The notes beneath the pieces were generated by a model, which had not been told where the DNA came from, searched no databases, and saw only the letters and a program-made list of their open reading frames with translations. Shown here one piece after another: positions 59,893 through 64,000 of a DNA stretch of 64,000 nt. The stretch is from assembly GCA_963754875.1 (NCBI GenBank), contig CAVWHO010000003.1, positions 1-64,000 on the forward strand, read 5' to 3'. Numbering within the stretch: the stretch's first letter is position 1; each line of letters begins with the position of its first letter. This stretch comes from Nitrospirota bacterium (GTDB lineage: Bacteria; Nitrospirota; UBA9217). The translations under genes and the position numbers were made by a program.

Positions 59893-60756
59893 CTAATCAA
59901 CGAGGATGATCACCCGGCACTTTTCGAGCATGCTCAGATTTTGAGAGGCGCTCTGGAGAGCTGCGGCATCGGCATTGCTGATCACCGTATCCACGCGAGC
60001 ATCGCCGGAAACTTTGATTGCTTTCACCATCATCGGTTTGTCTGTTACGCGGGGGTTGGTCTGAGCAGCTGCGGGGTCTTTGAGATACCCGACCATGCCT
60101 TCGCGTACGGCGTAGTCCCTGTTGATCCAGGCCGAGCCGTACACTTCCTTGCCGTCTTCATTCAGGATTCTCGGCGCCATGGCCGGCCTCACGCCGAGTC
60201 CCCTCGCATCGATGATCAAGCCGGTGTAGAGCTGGCCCGGTGTTGCTGATGTTCCTCCCGGAGCGGCCGAGGGTGACAGAGGCGTTGCAGGTCCCTTTGG
60301 CAAAAGGGCGTCAGCGAGAGCGCCAGTAAGTCTCATCCCCACTGTGACCTCTACGGAACCGTCAGACATGTATTTTTTATCAACAGGCATTGCGCCCTGG
60401 ATAAAGCCGCTCACTTCAGTCTTGATGATGTCGCTGGACACCATGAAATTCTCTACGGTAGTAGTGGAATCTACCCTGACCCCTTTTACTGCTTCAAGCA
60501 GGTTTCGCAAGGCAACGACCTGTGCTGCCCGTTCTGCCATTGCCCGCGCCTGAGCGGCATTCGCAGGCTGGGCAGGAGGCGCGCCGATTCCTACGGCTGT
60601 AATCATGCCTGTAGTCCAGTCAACCGTGCCTGTTGAACCTACCTGTTGTTCAACATCCTTGATCGTGCCTACCATCTGTGCGGATACGCTGCCCGCTGCA
60701 ACCGCCAGTAAGGCTGCACAAATAAGTATTACCATTAACGGTTTCTTAACCAACAT
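59893..60756 (-). CDS. LPP20-like exported protein, paralogue A
   Basis: Signal peptide; VDWTTG, AMAERAA.VVALRNLLEAVKGVRVDS and YTGLIIDARGL. Confidence 0.85.
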   Translation of the reverse strand: MLVKKPLMVILICAALLAVAAGSVSAQMVGTIKDVEQQVGSTGTVDWTTGMITAVGIGAPPAQPANAAQARAMAERAAQVVALRNLLEAVKGVRVDSTTTVENFMVSSDIIKTEVSGFIQGAMPVDKKYMSDGSVEVTVGMRLTGALADALLPKGPATPLSPSAAPGGTSATPGQLYTGLIIDARGLGVRPAMAPRILNEDGKEVYGSAWINRDYAVREGMVGYLKDPAAAQTNPRVTDKPMMVKAIKVSGDARVDTVISNADAAALQSASQNLSMLEKCRVIILVD

Positions 60757-61077
60757 GTTAAACCTCCTTCTTTCTTAGAATATATTATATTAACGAATGT
60801 ATATTTTTTGAGAAACGAATAAATTGCTTTCAAACCTGCGACGCTTTCACCTCTTTGTTGACAACGTTGTATATGAGAATTGTTAACGGTCAAAATAACA
60901 ATATAAGGCTGTTTGAGTCAAGGGAATATTCACATCACGGAGCGTTCAATATGTTAGTGCAAATCATGCTTCTCGTTGAAGCAGAACGGAGGATGAAAGC
61001 TTTTACGGGTCTCACTGCTAAAGCTCAACTATACCTAAGCATTATACAATTGTCAAGATTATGAAACCTCTTGCATG

Positions 61078-61800
61078 CTAAATTGCTCGCGCGAGTGTGC
61101 AGGCAGTGACTTGGTCAGCCCCTGCTCTTTTGAGAACCGCAGCGCATTCGTTCATCGTGGCACCGGTCGTGAATACATCATCGATCAGCAGTATATGTTT
61201 GTTCTCAACGATCTCCGGGAAGCGCAGGGAAAAGGCCCCTGCTACATTTTTTACCCGTTCCTCCCCCGTCAGTTCAACCTGCGGCCTCGTGGGTCTTACT
61301 CTCGCCAGATTATCGTAGACAAGCGGAATGCCGTACTTCACGTTCATGGATAGGCAAGAAGAAGCGCCTGATTAAACCCCCGCTGCCTCAAACGTTTCGG
61401 GTGAAGAGGAACCGGCATGACCATATCGATGTTCAACAGCATCCGAACCCGATCCGCCATCCATGCTCCCAGCGGGGTTCCTAAGGACCGACAAGGACGA
61501 TATTTGAACTGGTGGATAGCCTCCCGAAGGGGTCCCTCAAAATACCCGACTGATAAAGCTTGGTCAAAGAGACGGTGGTGACGTTCTGCAGGACGAGCAA
61601 TGAAAAGCGGGGCTGTGGGTCAATGTTTCCGGTGAGTCAAACGGCCTGCCACATCGGTTGCAAACGGGTCCGGAAATCGGATCGAAATCATCCCAGCAGG
61701 CCCGGCAAAAATGCGGGACGCGGGAATCGCCGATCGTCTCGTGGCAGTAGGAGCACGACGATGGAAGGAGGAAATCGAGAAGGTGCCGAAACAATGACAT
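61078..61800 (-). CDS. comF: ComF family (double Zn ribbon + PRTase) protein; frameshifts near 61570 and 61349
   Basis: LLPSSCSYC..CRAC..CNRC..CSSC; middle frame AIHQFKY..PVPLHPKRLRQRGFNQA; LLIDDVFTTGAT. Confidence 0.88.
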
Positions 61801-61876
61801 GGGGGAGCGCCTTAAACAATACGCAATCTCACTGCGAGACGCAAATAGAGTCGAAAGGCTGGATGTTTCGCATCAA

Positions 61877-63424
61877 TCACGAGGTCGGCAGGATAAGGCT
61901 CTTCCCGGTCATTTCAGCGGGAATGCTGATCCCCATCAGTTCGAGGACCGTCGGAGCAACGTCTGCCAGAATTCCGCTTGTTCTAAGCTTCAATTTCTTG
62001 GCCGTGATGATAAATGGCACGGGGTCAGTCGTGTGTGCCGTATGGGGCTGGCCCGTCGTCCGATCGGACATGACTTCGATATTCCCGTGGTCCGCGGTAA
62101 TAAGCACCTGTGCCTCGGCCTGTTCCGCTGCGCGAAGCACGCGCCCCAGACATTCGTCGAGCACTTCCACTGCTTTGATGGCAGCACCAAGAATCCCCGT
62201 ATGACCGACCATGTCCGGGTTAGCGTAGTTTGCGAGGATGAAACCATATCGGTTCGATGCGATACGTTCTACCAGCTTATCCGTGATTTCCCGAGCGCTC
62301 ATTTCCGGCTTTTGATCATACGTGGCGACATCGCGCGGCGACGGGACCAGCACCCGATCTTCCAGCGGAAAAGGCGGCTCTTCTCCGCCGTTGAAAAAAA
62401 AGGTGACATGAGCGTATTTTTCCGTTTCAGCAATACGGAGCTGCTGAACGCCCCGGTTGCTCAGGACCTCGCCCAGGATATGCGTCAGGCGTATCGGCCC
62501 GAAAGCAACAGGGAGATCGAACGTTTCGTCGTAGGTCGTGAGGCACACAAACATCGAAAGTTTCGGAAACAACCGTCGATTGAAACCCTTGAACTCTGGG
62601 TCCGTCATTGCCCTGGTGATCTCCCGCGCACGGTCGGAGCGGAAATTGCAGAAGATGACAACATCGTCGTTCCGGACGGTGCCAACCTGTTTGTTAGTTT
62701 TTTTATCGATGATCACGGCCGGAAGCATGAATTCGTCAGTCCGCTCGTGTTCGTAGCTCTGCTGAATTGCCTCGACAACGGAAAATTTCCGGATGCCCTC
62801 TCCCGTAATGATGGCCTCGTAGGCTTTCTGGACACGCTCCCATCGTTTATCGCGGTCCATGGCGTAATATCGGCCGGAGACCGTTGCAATCCTGCCGATA
62901 CCGATTTTGGCGAGATGCTCTTCCAGTTGTTTGACATACTGGATTGCGCTGGACGGCGGCGTATCTCGTCCGTCAAGAAAGGCATGAAAAAAAACATCTG
63001 TGATCCCTTGTGTTTTCGCCATATCGAGCATCGCAAAGATATGGTCCATACGGCTGTGCACGCCTCCATCCGACAAAAGTCCCATGAGGTGGAGTGCCGT
63101 CTGTTTTTCCCGAGCAGTCCGCATGGCGGAGAGCAGTACGGGATTTTGAAAGAATTCATTGTCACGAATCGCCTTGCTGATGCGCGTCGAGTCCTGGTAG
63201 ACGATCCGTCCTGCTCCCAGGTTCAAGTGTCCGACTTCGGAATTGCCCATCTGGCCGTCAGGCAGACCGACGGCCTCGCCGGACGCCAGGAGCTCCGTAT
63301 GCGGGTATTCGGTGATGAGCTTACTATAGGTGGGAGTCTTCGCCGCAGCTATTGCATTTCCCTCGATATTTTTGTTGATGCCCCAACCGTCCAGAACAAG
63401 CAACACTACCGGTTTGATCGACAT
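61877..63424 (-). CDS. gpmI: 2,3-bisphosphoglycerate-independent phosphoglycerate mutase
   Basis: LDGWG, GQMGNSEVGH, GRYYAMDRD, ETEKYAHVT, NPDMVGHTG and TADHGN. Confidence 0.97.
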   Translation of the reverse strand: MSIKPVVLLVLDGWGINKNIEGNAIAAAKTPTYSKLITEYPHTELLASGEAVGLPDGQMGNSEVGHLNLGAGRIVYQDSTRISKAIRDNEFFQNPVLLSAMRTAREKQTALHLMGLLSDGGVHSRMDHIFAMLDMAKTQGITDVFFHAFLDGRDTPPSSAIQYVKQLEEHLAKIGIGRIATVSGRYYAMDRDKRWERVQKAYEAIITGEGIRKFSVVEAIQQSYEHERTDEFMLPAVIIDKKTNKQVGTVRNDDVVIFCNFRSDRAREITRAMTDPEFKGFNRRLFPKLSMFVCLTTYDETFDLPVAFGPIRLTHILGEVLSNRGVQQLRIAETEKYAHVTFFFNGGEEPPFPLEDRVLVPSPRDVATYDQKPEMSAREITDKLVERIASNRYGFILANYANPDMVGHTGILGAAIKAVEVLDECLGRVLRAAEQAEAQVLITADHGNIEVMSDRTTGQPHTAHTTDPVPFIITAKKLKLRTSGILADVAPTVLELMGISIPAEMTGKSLILPTS

Positions 63425-63580
63425 GCAAACTCCTTACACTAAAAATCATAAATCCTGAAATGTTATTTTCGACACTGTTCAATTCCTGTAATCGATGAAG
63501 TTTTTGAAGTAGCAGGAAGTGAGACTTGGTGATTTCGGGATGTATTGATATTTTGGTACTTGCCGTCTGAATTATCCGCG

Positions 63581-64000
63581 TTAACAGGTCTTCTCGAGAT
63601 TTATTCCGAAGGTGTTCCATTTGCCGCAGTTCGGACACCGGCCCGACCAGTCAGTGGTCCGGAGTTCGCAGTTTGAACATACATAGGGAATGATAATCTG
63701 TTTTTTGAAACCGAGTGCTTTTTTGAACTCCGATGCGGCCAGCCCCAGGGAGCCGCGGCGAAGGTAGATGTTCCCCAGCAGTTTGTGCACGTCGGGAAAA
63801 TCCTTGTCCCCCCAATCCACGGTGGATAGAATTTCGAAGGCCTCATCGATCATTTCGAGACGGTAATAGAGTTTGCCGAGAAAGAATTTCAACGAATTAT
63901 CCTGAGGTTTCCAATGCACAGCTTTCGTATATATCTCAATGGCTTTTCCCGGTTCTCCCTGTTTGAGGTACAAATCTTCCAGTCGCAGGAGGAGCAGAGT
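63581..64000 (-). CDS. LapB(YciM)-like TPR protein with C-terminal rubredoxin-type Zn ribbon (gene begins beyond the window)
   Basis: TPR helices and YVCSNC...WSGRCPNCGKWNT. Confidence 0.75.
   Translation of the reverse strand, partial: TLLLLRLEDLYLKQGEPGKAIEIYTKAVHWKPQDNSLKFFLGKLYYRLEMIDEAFEILSTVDWGDKDFPDVHKLLGNIYLRRGSLGLAASEFKKALGFKKQIIIPYVCSNCELRTTDWSGRCPNCGKWNTFGINLEKTC

Noticed and set aside
61799..63442. 547-aa ORF on + strand
   Set aside because: Antisense shadow of gpmI.
1..64000. tRNA, rRNA, CRISPR array, prophage or defence island
   Set aside because: No tRNA or rRNA signatures, regularly spaced repeats, phage structural genes or defence genes were recognised.

Overview
Chromosomal window from a Gram-negative, probably anaerobic or microaerophilic bacterium. 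The gene content and NikR/Fur operators suggest Nitrospirota or Desulfobacterota, which is inference only. Most of it is housekeeping, metabolic and signalling genes (dnaE, class I and II FBP aldolases, rel, recJ, tatA, mobA, clpS, glgP, fdhD, gpmI, comF, two-component and c-di-GMP proteins). Five more distinctive units stand out. (1) A complete IS200-family element whose ends can be placed from its hairpins and guide sequences; it sits in the last codon of recJ without changing the protein. (2) A plant-type threonine synthase plus plant-type cystathionine gamma-synthase operon. (3) A NikR regulon with three GTGYTAC-N13/14-GTAACAC operators, an ECF Ni transporter, a His-rich domain, FmdE and a beta-barrel. 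(4) A Fur-boxed fur-feoB-dtxR/feoA locus followed by a beta-barrel gene with two in-frame stops. (5) A ~8 kb co-oriented cluster of seven exported proteins (two LPP20-like paralogues, TPR-SLH-like, transglutaminase, DUF799-DUF4412-like, CsgG-FlgT-like, FecR-like), which is the best candidate for an undescribed envelope machine. About 11 single-base frameshifts, many in short homopolymers, suggest an unpolished long-read assembly, so split genes should not be taken as real pseudogenes. No rRNA, tRNA or CRISPR array was seen. All family assignments are from motif recognition by eye; no database search was run.
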